Shown one piece after another: positions 1 to 14,132 of a stretch of 64,000 nt of DNA (position 1 is the stretch's first letter; each line of letters opens with the position of its first letter). Below the pieces are notes generated by a model. That model did not search any database and was not told the origin of the DNA. It saw only the letters and a program-made list of their open reading frames with translations. A program made the position numbers and the translations under genes. Source of the DNA: Macrostomum lignano (lineage: Eukaryota). The stretch lies in contig NIVC01000996.1 of the NCBI GenBank assembly GCA_002269645.1, positions 248,001 to 312,000 of the forward strand. Direction: 5' to 3'.

Positions 1-250
1 CAAACGGCGCCAAACCTATTAGCGCCACATCAAACGGTGCCAAACCTATTAGCCACATCAAACGGCGCCAAACCTATTAGCGCCACATTAAACGGCTCCA
101 AACCTAGTAGCGCCACATTAAACTGTGCCAACCCAATTAGCGCCACATCAAACGGCGCCAACCCTATTAGCGCCACGTCAAATAGCGCCAAACCTATTAG
201 CGCCACATAAAACGGCGCCAACCCTATTAGCGCCACATTAAACGGTGCTA
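1..250. repeat. 30-bp tandem repeat (CAAACGGCGCCAAACCTATTAGCGCCACAT), truncated by window start
   Basis: About 8 diverged 30-bp units visible; explains the LIGLAPFDVA-repeat ORF. Confidence 0.9.
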
Positions 251-1317
251 GTCAAAAAAATCGAGGCAGCACTCAAAATTCGGCGCCATTCTAAATAGCG
301 CCATTGCGCCAACCCTCAAACATGGTTTAGAGTTGCTAGCTAGAAAGCCTGCGCTCGTAGAAAACGCATAAGACTCCGGCTTGATAGGCTCGGATTAGTG
401 GAAAACCCATTTCGCATTAATAATTCAATAGCTAGAGCATTCAACCCAGCCCTTATAGCTTTGCTAGCTAGAAAGTCAAGTTGAATTCAATTTTCACCAT
501 CCGGTCTGGAATAAACTTCACGGATCAGTCATAAACTTCTACTCAATAATGCAAATTGTAAAACTTGCAACTTTCGTCTCTCTATGCAGGTTTGCGTGAT
601 GCAAGCTTTTTGGTTTGGGTTTAGTCTAAATTTACAATCTGCAAGTCCATGTGAGACACAAGGACGACTTAAGAAGGACGGGAAAGCTCGTTTCTTAGGA
701 AATTTTAGAAGGCAGGCTTTTGCCGAAAAAAATACACTACGGAGATAGGAAGTTTTCATTTTTTCAGCACAAAAATTGTTATTGCTTTTGATAGGAGGCA
801 GATTCAGTGTTCATCTTTTGATATGTTGTGCCTTTCTTATTGCTCTATCGATATTTATGAAGCTTTTCGTTCAAAAAATAAGAATTATATGTTCAAATAG
901 AATAAAACATTAACACAGAATCCTAATTTTTTAAACAAAAAGCTTTATGAAGGCACCACAACCTCCTGCTAAATGAATGGAACCAAGGATTTATTGCTGA
1001 CCTTCTTTGTCATGCCCCCTTTATTACTCGTAATAACTCGTTATTACTCGTAATAACACAGCTGACTCTAGGTTCGCCCCCCCCCCAATGTCGTCAAAGC
1101 ACCTCCTTTCTATGCAACTTCAAGTACTGATCCAATTGAGTCTCATTGGTTAACCAATGCTTGGCAATGCAACACGATAGCATTGACAGGAAAATTATTT
1201 GGGATTTTGTGCTTGTCAATCAAATACTAAATCAATTTCAATACTGATACTGCTGCATTTATTGATTGATTGTTTGATTGATCCTTCTAATTGGCAGTTA
1301 AAGTTGCAACATTGTTT

Positions 1318-2290
1318 TATCTCCCCTGAGATTGCCCCCTGAGATTGTCCCCTGAGATTCTCCCCTGAGATTCTCCCTGAGATTCTCCCCTGAGATTCTC
1401 CCTAAGATTCCCCCCCTGCACGAGGTTCTCCCCTGAGATTCTCCCTGTGATTCTCCTTGAGATTCTCCCAGAAAATTCTCCCCTGAGATTCTCCCCTGAG
1501 ATTCTCCCCTGAGATTCTCCCTGTGATTCTCCTTGAGATTCTCCCCAGAAAATTCTCCCCTGAGATTCTCCCCAGGAGATTCTCCCCCGAGATTCTCCCC
1601 TGAGATTCTCCCTGAGATTCTCCACTGAGATTCTCCCTAAGATTCCCCCCCCCTGCACGAGGTTCTCCCCTGAGATTCTCCCCTGTGATTCTCCTTGAGA
1701 TTCTCCCCAGAAAATTCTCCCCTGAGATTCTCCCCGTGAGATTCTCCCCCGAGATTCTCCCCTGAGATTCTCCCTGAGATTCTCCCCTGAGATTCTCCCT
1801 AAGATTCCCCCCCTGCAGGAGGTTCTCCCCTGAGATTCTCTTTGAGATTCTCCCCAGAAAATTCTCCCCTGAGATTCTCCCCAGGAGATTCTCCTCTGAG
1901 ATTCTACTTGAGATTCTACTTAAGATTCTCCCCTGAGATTCTCCCCTGAGTTTCTCCCCTGAGATTCTCCCTAAGATTCTCCCCTGCACGAGGTTCTCCC
2001 CTGAGGTTCTCCCCCGAGATTCTCCTTGAGATTCTCCCCAGAAAATTCTCCCCTGAGATTCTCCCCAGGAGATTCTCCCCAGGAGATTCTCCCCTGAGAT
2101 TCTCCTTGAGATTCTTCCCAGAAAATTCTCCCCTGAGATTCTCCCCAGGAGATTCTCCTCTGAGATTCTCCTTGAGATTCTCCCCTTAGATTCTCCCCTG
2201 AGTTTCTCCCCTGAGATTCTCCTTAAAAGCTCCCTGATATTCTCCCCCCCCCAGGTTCTCCCCGAGGTTCTCCTCGAGATTCTCCTCGAT
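1318..2290. repeat. 10-11 bp minisatellite (GAGATTCTCCC[C]T)n
   Basis: Direct reading of tandem units with higher-order variants. Confidence 0.9.
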
Positions 2291-2418
2291 ATTCTCTCTG
2301 CGATACATCCTTTGATATTAATTTTGTGAGATCTTCACATGAGATTTTTCTCCGATAGTATCATACGTCTGACAATTTACTAACTGAAAAACTGTGCCAT
2401 TAAACTACTCACTTGCAG

Positions 2419-2527
2419 AGTGTGTCTAACTACCTCATCCTGAGTTTGGCGGTCGCCGATCTCATGGTGGCGACCCTCGTGATGCCGATCAGCGCGTTGA
2501 ACGAATTATCGAAAGCTTGGTGGCTCG
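2419..2527 (+). CDS. 5-HT1-like aminergic GPCR, internal exon (TM2-ECL1)
   Basis: Acceptor ttgcag|2419; translates SVSNYLILSLAVADLMVATLVMPISALNELSKAWWL-G with the TM2 LAxAD motif; phase-1 donor 2527|gtgagt joins in frame to exon 12062. TM1 exon not found, presumably upstream of the window. Confidence 0.9.
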
Positions 2528-2749
2528 GTGAGTTCCTACCGGGACGCGCTTGCATTCGAGCATAGGGCTGGACCGCCTGTGACTCGCACCCATGAGGGCC
2601 GAACCCAAAGCGCAAGCAATTAGTACGTAACTGACGATCAGGGTCCCTTGTACACCCTGCATGAGCGCGTGGGTGCTCAGGGGTCGGCGGAATTTAGCAT
2701 GCCTGCCTGCCTCTAATCTCCTTTAATCTCTACCCATTTTTAGTTAATA

Positions 2750-4310
2750 AGCAGCTCTTCCCCAAACACCAGCACTTCCCCAAACACCAGCACTTCCCCA
2801 AACACCAGCACTTCCCCAAACACCAGCACTTCCCCAAACACTAGCACTTCCCCAAACACCAGCACTTCCCCAAACACTAGCACTTCTCCAATCAACAGCA
2901 CTTCTCCAATCAACAGCACTTCCCCAAACACTAGCACTTCCCCAAACACTAGCACTTCCCCAAACACCAGCACTTCCCCAAACACCAGCACTTCCCCAAA
3001 CACAGCACTTCCCCAAACACCAGCACTTCCCCAAACACTAGCACTTCCCCAAACACCAGCACTTCCCCAAACACTAGCACTTCCCCAAACACCAGCACTT
3101 CTCCAATCAACAGCACTTCCCCAAACACTAGCACTTCCCCAAACACCAGCACTTCCCCAAACACCAGCACTTCCCCAAACACCAGCACTTCCCCAAACAC
3201 CAGCACTTCCCCAAACACCAGCACTTCCCCAAACACTAGCACTTCCCCAAACACTAGCACTTCCCCAAACACCAGCACTTCCCCAAACACCAGCACTTCC
3301 CCAAACACCAGCACTTCTCCAATGAACAGCGCTTCCCCAAACACCAGCACTTCCCCAAACACCAGCACTTCCCCAAACACCAGCACTTCCCCAATCACCA
3401 GCACTTCCCCAAACACCAGCACTTCCCCAAACACCAGCACTTCCCCAAACACCAGCACTTCCCCAAACACCAGCACTTCCCCAAACACTAGCACTTCCCC
3501 AAACACCAGCACTTCCCCAATCACCAGCACTTCCCCAAACACCAGCACTTCCCCAAACACTAGCACTTCCCCAAACACTAGCACTTCCCCAAACACCAGC
3601 ACTTCCCCAAACACTAGCACTTCCCCAAACACCAGCACTTCTCCAATCAACAGCACTTCCCCAAACACTAGCACTTCCCCAAACACCAGCACTTCCCCAA
3701 ACACCAGCACTTCCCCAAACACCAGCACTTCCCCAATCACCAGCACTTCCCCAAACACCAGCACTTCCCCAATCAACAGCACTTCCCCAAACACCAGCAC
3801 TTCCCCAAACAACAGCACTTCCCCAAACACCAGCACTTCCCCAAACACCAGCACTTCCCCAAACACCAGCACTTCCCCAAACACCAGCACTTCCCCAAAC
3901 AACAGCACTTCCCCAAACACCAGCACTTCCCCAAACACCAGCACTTCCCCAAACACCAGCACTTCCCCAAACACTAGCACTTCCCCAAACACTAGCACTT
4001 CCCCAAACACCAGCACTTCCCCAAACACCAGCACTTCCCCAAACACAGCACTTCCCCAAACACCAGCACTTCCCCAAACACTAGCACTTCCCCAAACACC
4101 AGCACTTCCCCAAACACCAGCACTTCTCCAATCAACAGCACTTCTCCAATCAACAGCACTTCCCCAAACACTAGCACTTCCCCAAACACCAGCACTTCCC
4201 CAAACACTAGCACTTCCCCAAACACCAGCACTTCTCCAATCAACAGCACTTCCCCAAACACTAGCACTTCCCCAAACACCAGCACTTCCCCAATCACCAG
4301 CATTTCTCCA
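2750..4310. repeat. 18-bp minisatellite (CAGCACTTCCCCAAACAC)n
   Basis: About 85 units; source of the TSPNTS/VWGSAG/FGEVLV ORFs. Confidence 0.95.
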
Positions 4311-5334
4311 AACAAAAGCTACAGCTTGTTTTCAAGTCCGCAGTTACCCAAGCAGAATTGACGCTAACTTATACTCAATCCAATATCTGTTTATGAATCT
4401 ATCTATTAGTGTCTCAGCACACACAGGCACACAAACACTGACACACAATCAGAAAGAAACTTATTAACTTCCAGCATAGCCCGAGGCTCTGCTGTTGCGA
4501 TAGTCAGCCTGCTTAATCTCAAGGGGTTGGGGTAGTAACACGAACTGATAAGGTATGAAGAATGATAAATAACTTTGCGATATGGATATTGATCAGCACC
4601 CAAGGGCAAGCCGGGTATATTGAATAGAAAATTTAATAAGCTGTGACAGCTCGAGGACAAGTCAATCATGCAAGGCTGGAGCCAAATGTAAGCAAGTGTA
4701 GTAAAAAATCCTGCTTCATCAGAACGAATTGCTTCTTTAATAGGATCTCTATCAACAAGTTTTTTGCTGCTTGACAATCTGGAGCTGTCTCAGTTTCGGT
4801 TAAACAGCTCAACCTTGAACTAGGCCAACTTTCGCGTGATTGTAATTTCTTTTCATATGGCTCTCAGTTGACGGTAATGCGAGCGGCCCATGAATGTTCA
4901 GAGTCCTAATGCAGATTCTGGATGTCACTGCTCTCATGGGAAGCATGTACAATGGTGTTGCTTTTATGCAGCAATTATAATATTATAATTTTAGCTGTTT
5001 CGCTTTCCTAGCCACTGTTGCTTTTATTCTGATTTTCAACAAAGATGAGAAAGACTATAGGGCTGATTGGCGGTATCAGTTTTCTGTGCCCTTTGTGCCA
5101 GCTCCGTTGCCAATGCAAAGATCATTAGTAAGGATTGGTGCTGCCTTTGTAAGGCTCTCCTCTCCGACTTTGTGATTTTTCTGTCTTTGATCTTTATTCC
5201 GGATTTAGTTCCCAGTGAGGTTCTAACATCCTTGCCAATGCAGGACTTCTCAATGCCATGTAGCTTTATCCATGCTTGCCTTAAACTCAGCGCAAGAATG
5301 TGCAAATTTGCTCTTTAATCTCAAATTTCGAAAC

Positions 5335-5900
5335 TCTAGTCTCATCTGAAATCTCGAATCTTACGACGTATATCTCAAATCTCTAGTCTCGTATCTTAAA
5401 TCTCCAGTCTCGTATCTTAAATCTCTAGTCTCATATCTCAGTTGTCTAGTCTCATATCTCAGTTGTCTAGTCTCATATCTTAAATATATAGTTTCATATC
5501 TAAAACATCTAGTCTCATATGTTAAACCTCTAGTCTCATATCTTAAATCTCTAGTCTCATATCTTAAATCTCCAGTCTTATATCTTAAATCTCTGGTCTC
5601 ATGTCTTAAATCTCTAGTCTCATATCTTAAATCTCTAGTTTCATATCTTAAATCTCTAGTCTCATATTTTAAATCTCTAGTCTCATATCTTAAATCTCTA
5701 GTCTCATATCTTAAATCTGTAGTTTCATATCTTAAATCTCTAGTCTCATATTTTAAATCTCTAGTTTCATATCTTAAATCTCCAGTCTCATATTTTAAAT
5801 CTCTAGTCTCATATCTTAAATCTCTAGTCTCATATCTTAAATCTGTAGTCTCATATGTTAAATACATAATTTCATATCTTGAACCTCTAGTCTCAAATCC
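5335..5900. repeat. 21-bp minisatellite (TCTAGTCTCATATCTTAAATC)n
   Basis: Tandem units read directly; gives the RYETRDL pseudo-ORF. Confidence 0.9.
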
Positions 5901-6544
5901 TAAATCTCAAACATTAACTTTCAAATCTAAAATCCCTATTATCAATATCAAATCTCGAATTTCAAAGATCAAATCTCAAATCCCAAATATCAAATCTCAA
6001 ATCTTTATTTGTAAAATCTCAAATCCTGTAGAATCTGTTCTCTGGACAATCCAACCCAGCAAACAAAGTTCTCAAAAAAATTCTTTCTCACTGATTCTCT
6101 CTGAAATCGGACGAAGAACTTTCAAACTAGATTGGCATTTTTCGGCTTCTGGTCTCCTGCTGACGTCCCTTTCGCCTTATCAGGGGTGCTGTGAGGCGTA
6201 CAATCTGTGGCGACAGATTGCGGAATCGAGCTTCTGGTTTGGAGCTGCAGCTTTTTCACCCTACAGACCTTCCATGCGGAGCCGAATCCCCAAGTTTCAA
6301 GGAATTCCCCGCGGTTTTGGGCTGCAGCGCACAGGATTGTCACAGATGGGTGGCTTGCGGAATCGATGCTGGACTCTGAAATTATATTTGATTAACAGGA
6401 ATTTTATCAACCTATAAGATTCAATCCCGTTGGGTCCCGAAAATCAAAGGAACTGTAGCGTTTAAGCGAGATTTTGCTTCGCTGATTATAACCTAAAACT
6501 TCGACATCTCTTGTTTCAATTGAAAAATTCACTGCAAGATGTCA

Positions 6545-6950
<406 letters not shown>

Positions 6951-7502
6951 CACAGAGAAATCACAAATTCTACTTATCACAAAGTCAGTAACAGCGGCTG
7001 ACCCAGACGGCTCTAGGCAAAAATTTAAGAGAAATATTTCAGAGTAATGCGTTTTTATTTCTTCTTAATTCACCTCTGAATCGCTTTTTAAGAATGAGTA
7101 AGTACAGTAGGGTCACGTGAGAGTGTTGTAGGATTTTTAGGTTAAGAAATCCCAAAATCTGCTTTTGAGAGACTTCAACCGAGACTCCTTTTCTGAGCTT
7201 TTCTTTTTTGCAAAAAAGCTTCTACGACTGATTGCAAATTCTGAAAGAGAAAGACTAAGTGAGGGCGGACACGAATCAGACATGTTGATTTTACAACAGC
7301 ATGCAAATCAAAGAAGTGAAATACAACACTGCAGCAGTTCTTTCCCAGACGAAATTTATTCTACAAATCCTCTTTAAACGATTGTTCATTTGTAAAAACC
7401 TCTTTGGAGTGCATCAAGGATACTCCATGCCTAACTTTACACCTGTTTACGGGACCAGTGTCTCATGAATTTCTGATTTGAATCGTCTTGAAGCAGTCGT
7501 TT

Positions 7503-10500
7503 TGATTGCTAATCTAGCCAATCACAGATCAATTGGAATAGAATGGATTGCTAATCTAGCAAATCACAGATCAATTGGAATAGAATGGATTGCTAATCTA
7601 GCCAATCACAAATCAATTGGAATAGAATGGATTGCTAATCTAGCCAATCACAGATCAATTGGAATAGAATGGATTGATAATCTAGCCAATCACAAATCAA
7701 TTGGAATAGAATGGATTGCTAATCTAGCCAATCACAAATCAATTGGAATAGAATGGATTGCTAATCTAGCCAATCACAAATCAATTGGAATAGAATGGAT
7801 TGCTAATCTAGCCAATCACAGATCAATTGGAATAGAATGGATTGCTAATCTAGCCAATCACAGATCAATAGGAATAGAATGGATTGCTAATCTAGCCAAT
7901 CACAAATCAATTGGAATAGAATGGATTGCTAATCTAGCCAATCACAAATCAATTGGAATAGAATGGATTGCTAATCTAGCCAATCACAAATCAATTGGAA
8001 CAGAATGGATTGCTAATCTAGCGAATCACAGATCAATTGGAATAGAATGGATTGCTAATCTAGCCAATCACAAATCAATTGGAATAGAATGGATTGCTAA
8101 TCTAGCCAATCACAGATCAATTGGAATAGAATGGATTGCTAATCTAGCCAATCACAAATCAATTGGAATAGAATGGATTGCTAATCTAGCCAATCACAGA
8201 TCAATTGGAATAGAATGGATTGCTAATCTAGCCAATCACAAATCAATTGGAATAGAATGGATTGCTAATCTAGCCAATCACAGATCAATTGGAATAGAAT
8301 GGATTGCTAATCTAGCCAATCATAGATCAATTGGAATAGAATGGATTGCTAATCTAGCCAATCACAGATCAATTGAAATAGAATGGATTGCTAATCTAGC
8401 CAATCACAAATCAATTGGAATAGAATGGATTGCTAATCTAGCCAATCACAAATCAATTGGAATAGAATGGATTGCTAATCTAGCCAATCACAGATCAATT
8501 GGAATAGAATGGATTGCTAATCTAGCCAATCACAGATCAATTGGAATAGAATGGATTGCTAATCTAGCCAATCACAGATCAATTGGAATAGAATGGATTG
8601 CTAATCTAGCCAATCAATCACAGATCAATTGGAATAGAATGGATTGATAATCTAGCCAATCACAAATCAATTGGAATAGAATGGATTGCTAATCTAGCCA
8701 ATCACAAATCAATTGGAATAGAATGGATTGCTAATCTAGCCAATCACAGATCAATTGGAATAGAATGGATTGCTAATCTAGCCAATCACAGATCAATTGG
8801 AATAGAATGGATTGCTAATCTAGCCAATCACAGATCAATTGGAATAGAATGGATTGCTAATCTAGCCAATCACAGATCAATTGGAATAGAATGGATTGCT
8901 AATCTAGCCAATCGCAGATCAATTGGAATAGAATGGATTGCTAATCTAGCCAATCAATCACAGATCAATTGGAATAGAATGGATTGCTAATCTAGTCAAT
9001 CAATCACAAATCAATTGAAATAGAATGGATTGCTAATCTAGCCAATCACAAATCAATTGGAATAGAATGGATTGCTAATCTAGCCAATCACAGATCAATT
9101 GGAATAGAATGGATTGCTAATCTAGCCAATCACAGATCAATTGGAATAGAATGGATTGCTAATCTAGCCAATCACAGATCAATTGGAATAGAATGGATTG
9201 CTAATCTAGCCAATCACAAATCAATTGGAATAGAATGGATTGCTAATCTAGCCAATCACAGATCAATTGGAATAGAATGGATTGCTAATCTAGCCAATCA
9301 CAGATCAATTGGAATAGAATGGATTGCTAATCTAGCCAATCACAGATCAATTGGAATAGAATGGATTGCTAATCTAGCCAATCAATCACAGATCAATTGG
9401 AATAGAATGGATTGCTAATCTAGCCAATCAATCACAGATCAATTGGAATAGAATGGATTGCTAATCTAGCCAATCACAGATCAACTGAAATAGAATGGAT
9501 TGCTAATCTAGCCAATCACAAATCAATCGGAATAGAATGGATTGCTAATCTAGCCAATCACAAATCAATCGGAATAGAATGGATTGCTAATCTAGCCAAT
9601 CACAAATCAATAGGAATAGAATGGATTGCTAATCTAGCCAATCACAAATCAATTGGAATAGAATGGATTGCTAATCTAGCCAATCACAAATCAATCGGAA
9701 TAGAATGGATTGCTAATCTAGCCAATCACAAATCAATCGGAATAGAATGGATTGCTAATCTAGCCAATCACAGATCAATTGGAATAGAATGGATTGCTAA
9801 TCTAGCCAATCACAGATCAATTGAAATAGAATGGATTGCTAATCTAGCCAATCACAGATCAATTGGAATAGAATGGATTGCTAATCTAGCCAATCACAAA
9901 TCAATTGGAATAGAATGGATTGCTAATCTAGCCAATCACAAATCAATTGGAATAGAATGGATTGATAATCTGGCCAATCAATCACAGATCAATTGGAATA
10001 GAATGGATTGCTAATCTAGCCAATCACAAGTCAATTGGAATAGAATGGATTGCTAATCTAGCAAATCACAGATTAATTGGAATAGAATGGATTGCTAATC
10101 TAGCCAATCACAGATCAATTGGAATAGAATGGATTGCTAATCTAGCCAATCACAAATTAATTGGAATAGAATGGATTGCTAATCTAGCCAATCACAAATC
10201 AATTGGAATAGAGTGGATTGCTAATCTAGCCAATCACAGATCAATTGGAATAGAATGGATTGCTAATCTAGCCAATCACAAATCAATTGGAATAGAATGG
10301 ATTGCTAATCTAGCCAATTACAAATCAATTGGAATAGAATGGATTGCTAATCTAGCCAATCACAGATCAATTGGAATAGAATGGATTGCTAATCTAGCCA
10401 ATCACAAATCAATTGGAATAGAATGGATTGCTAATCTAGCCAATCACAGATCAATTGGAATAGAATGGATTGCTAATCTAGCCAATCACAGATCAATTGG

Positions 10501-12008
10501 AATAGAATGGATTGCTAATCTAGCCAATCACAGATCAATTGGAATAGAATGGATTGCTAATCTAGCCAATCACAAATCAATTGGAATAGAATGGATTGCT
10601 AATCTAGCCAATCACAGATCAATTGGAATAGAATGGATTGCTAATCTAGCCAATCACAGATCAATTGGAATAGAATGGATTGCTAATCTAGCCAATCAAT
10701 CACAGATCAATTGGAATAGAATGGATTGCTAATCTAGCCAATCAATCACAGATCAATTGGAATAGAATGGATTGCTAATCTAGCCAATCACAGATCAACT
10801 GAAATAGAATGGATTGCTAATCTAGCCAATCACAAATCAATCGGAATAGAATGGATTGCTAATCTAGCCAATCACAAATCAATCGGAATAGAATGGATTG
10901 CTAATCTAGCCAATCACAAATCAATCGGAATAAAATGGATTGCTAATCTAGCCAATCACAAATCAATTGGAATAGAATGGATTGCTAATCTAGCCAATCA
11001 CAAATCAATCGGAATAGAATGGATTGCTAATCTAGCCAATCACAAATCAATCGGAATAGAATGGATTGCTAATCTAGCCAATCACAGATCAATTGGAATA
11101 GAATGGATTGCTAATCTAGCCAATCACAGATCAATTGAAATAGAATGGATTGCTAATCTAGCCAATCACAAATCAATTGGAATAGAATGGATTGCTTATC
11201 TAGCCAATCACAAATTAATTGGAATAGAATGGATTGCTAATCTAGCCAATCACAAATCAATTGGAATAGAATGGATTGCTAATCTAGCCAATCACAAATC
11301 AATTGGAATAGAATGGATTGCTAATCTAGCCAATCACAAATTAATTGGAATAGAATGCATTGCTAATCTAGCCAATCACAAATTAATTGGAATATAATGG
11401 ATTGCTAATCTAGCAAATCACAGATTAATTGGAATAGAATGGATTGCTAATCTAGCCAATCACAGATCAATTGGAAAAGAATGGATTGCTAATCTAGCCA
11501 ATCACAAATTAATTGGAATAGAATGCATTGCTAATCTAGCCAATCACAAGTCAATTGGAATAGAATGGATTGCTAATCTAGCAAATCACAGATTAATTGG
11601 AATAGAATGGATTGCTAATCTAGCCAATCACAGATCAATTGGAATAGAATGGATTGCTAATCTAGCCAATCACAGATCAATTGGAATAGAATGGATTGCT
11701 AATCTAGCCAATCACAAATCAATTGGAATAGAATGGATTGCTACTCGTAATCTAGCCAATCACAAATCAATTTGAATAGAATGGATTGCTAATCTAGCGA
11801 ATCACAGATCAATTGGAATAGAATGGATTGCTAATCTAGCCAATCACAAGTCAATTGGAATAGAATGGATTGCTAATCTAGCCAATCACAAATCAATTGG
11901 AATAGAATGGATTGATAATCTAGCCAATCACCAATCAATTAGAATAGAATGGATTGCTAATCTAGCCAATCACCAATCAATTGGAATAGAATGGATTGCT
12001 AATCTAGT
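7503..12008. repeat. 42-bp satellite array 1 (GATTGCTAATCTAGCCAATCACAGATCAATTGGAATAGAATG)n, intronic
   Basis: About 105 units; 42 bp = 14 codons, hence the IANLANHRSIGIEW ORFs. Confidence 0.95.
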
Positions 12009-12061
12009 AAAACACAAAATTATCGACCAGACTCTCATACCAATTGCCTCATCTTTCACAG

Positions 12062-13002
12062 GCATTCATCTCTGCGATTTGTGGATCTGTTTCGACATTC
12101 TGTGCTGTACAGCCTCCATCCTTCATCTGGTTGGCATCGCGGTTGATCGCTATTGGGCGGTGACAAACGTTGACTATATTCGAGTTCGGACTGGCAAACG
12201 AATTGGCCTGATGATAGTTGCCGTGTGGGTCATCAGCCTGGCGATCAGCCTCCCAGCCAGATTCACCCTCACGGACGAGCTTCGCCGAACTCAAATCGCA
12301 AACGGCACATGCGCAATCAATGAGGACACTGTGTACACCATCTTCTCTACCGTCGGGGCCTTCTACCTGCCGATGCTGTTTATGATCGCCATCTACATCA
12401 AAATCTACCAGACTGCCAGAAAGCGAATTCGTAAGAAAGCCTTCAAGGGCCAGAACAAAGCGATACAGTTGGTGCAGAACCAGCAGCGCCAGGAATCGAA
12501 CTTGGGCACACCGCAAGCGGACGACTCGCCAGAAGCTGAACAAGGCCTCCAGCAGCAGCAGCAGACCACTTCTTTCATTAAATCTTCTGGCAAAGCAAAA
12601 TTGCAAAAGCTGAAGAAATTCAAACAGCAGCAGCAGCACAACGGCGATCGCCATGGCGACAGTCACCCGGAGGAACGCCGTCTGACCCCGCAGTCCAAGG
12701 CGGCCCACCAGCGCGAGAAACTTGAGCACAAACGGGAGCGCAAAGCTGCCCGAACTCTGGCCATCATCACTGGTTGCTTCCTGATCTGTTGGATCCCATT
12801 CTTCCTCCGGGCAACAATCTGTCCATTCTGTGCGGACCTGTGCTTCGAACTGATCCCAGACTCCGGGCACTCCTTCATCCTTTGGCTTGGCTACATGAAC
12901 AGCTTATTAAATCCCGTTATTTACACAATATTCTCGCCGGATTTTCGAAACGCTTTCAGTAAGATTTTGTTCGGCCGCTACCACAGAAGAGGCTATCGGT
13001 GA
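12062..13002 (+). CDS. 5-HT1-like serotonin receptor, terminal exon (TM3-TM7)
   Basis: Acceptor tttcacag|12062; spliced G-IHLCDLWICFDILCCTASILHLVGIAVDRYW (TM3 Asp, DRY), TM6 CWIPFF, TM7 WLGYMNSLLNPVIY; ICL3 ends KRERKAARTLAII as in invertebrate 5-HT1 receptors. Confidence 0.9.
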
Positions 13003-14132
13003 GCAGGATGCGATCAAATTAATGACCTAATCATTATGTAATGTACCTAGTCCACAGTCCACAGATTTCGTTACTATGGACTTTTGGTTTGTTAATATCG
13101 ATGAATTAATTTAATTGACTCTTTCAAAACAAGTTACTTGTCTAATAATTGTAAAGTTAATTCAACCTGTCGCATCTGAATTGACATCAAGACTGACTAT
13201 AAATTGCTCTGTTTAAACAATTTTTAGATTATTTTAAACAAATCAAAATTATTTGTTGGTTAAATCAGCATAAATGTTGTTTTATTTTTGTAGTTAAACT
13301 TCGACAATTAAAGTATTTTTGCAATCTGTGACAGGCTTGATTTTTTTTGTTCTAGAAATTGAATTAATGCAACTTGTTTACGGCATATTAGCACTCCATG
13401 ACTAATGTACAGATGTCTCTCATGTCTCTCATGTATATGGACAATTTAAACATTCATACAGTCAATGTACGCAATGTCTATAGACCAATAGCTACGTCCA
13501 TGTCTAAAGAACCAAATGAACACACGAAAGTAATGCACTTTAACAAATACAATTGACTGTTAGATAAATATAATACACTTTTCAATTCTATAAGTACATA
13601 AATCGTTTTATTTGTATTTTGCCTTTTTTGATTTGTTTGGCAGCAGTGAAACAAATAGGTCGTATATGGGTACCGCTAATATATAAACATAAACTAATTT
13701 TAGATTTTGAATTAGGTCGATACTCTCGTAATTAAAAAAAGAGGCCATCAATATTTTACTAATTGCTAAAATACGAGCCGTGAAAATGACCATCGGACAG
13801 TTTAGGCCATATTTTTTCAGCTAAAGCCAGACAAATTAGATAAAGTGTGCAATAAAATATTTATACATAGTCGACCTGCACTGTCGGCAACCGAGTATTG
13901 ATGTCTGTTCTAAAGCTGGTATGGTTATTAAAAAGTAGTACGTGCGGCCCTGCTAACTATTTGACTCAATTGATCGTGAAAGTGCAAAAGTGAAATTCCA
14001 GCTTTTTTGGTAGAATCCGTGGTTTAGTTTAAATACTTGCATGAATAAAATCTGAAAGAATTTACCGGAGAATACCGGATACTGCTCTGCCAAACTTAAT
14101 TCCCTGTAATAGTAGGAATGGTATACAATATT

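Noticed and set aside
2740-4467. Long ORFs with TSPNTS, VWGSAG or FGEVLV repeats (mucin- or antifreeze-like)
   Set aside because: An 18-bp minisatellite open in several frames on both strands, inside a GPCR intron; no unique coding flanks.
4400-5320. Coding-looking minus-strand fragments
   Set aside because: Interrupted by stops and no recognisable domain; possibly decayed TE.
6207-6395. HRIVTDGWLAESM resembling a BRCT C-terminal motif
   Set aside because: Single short motif with no rest of the domain or splice support.
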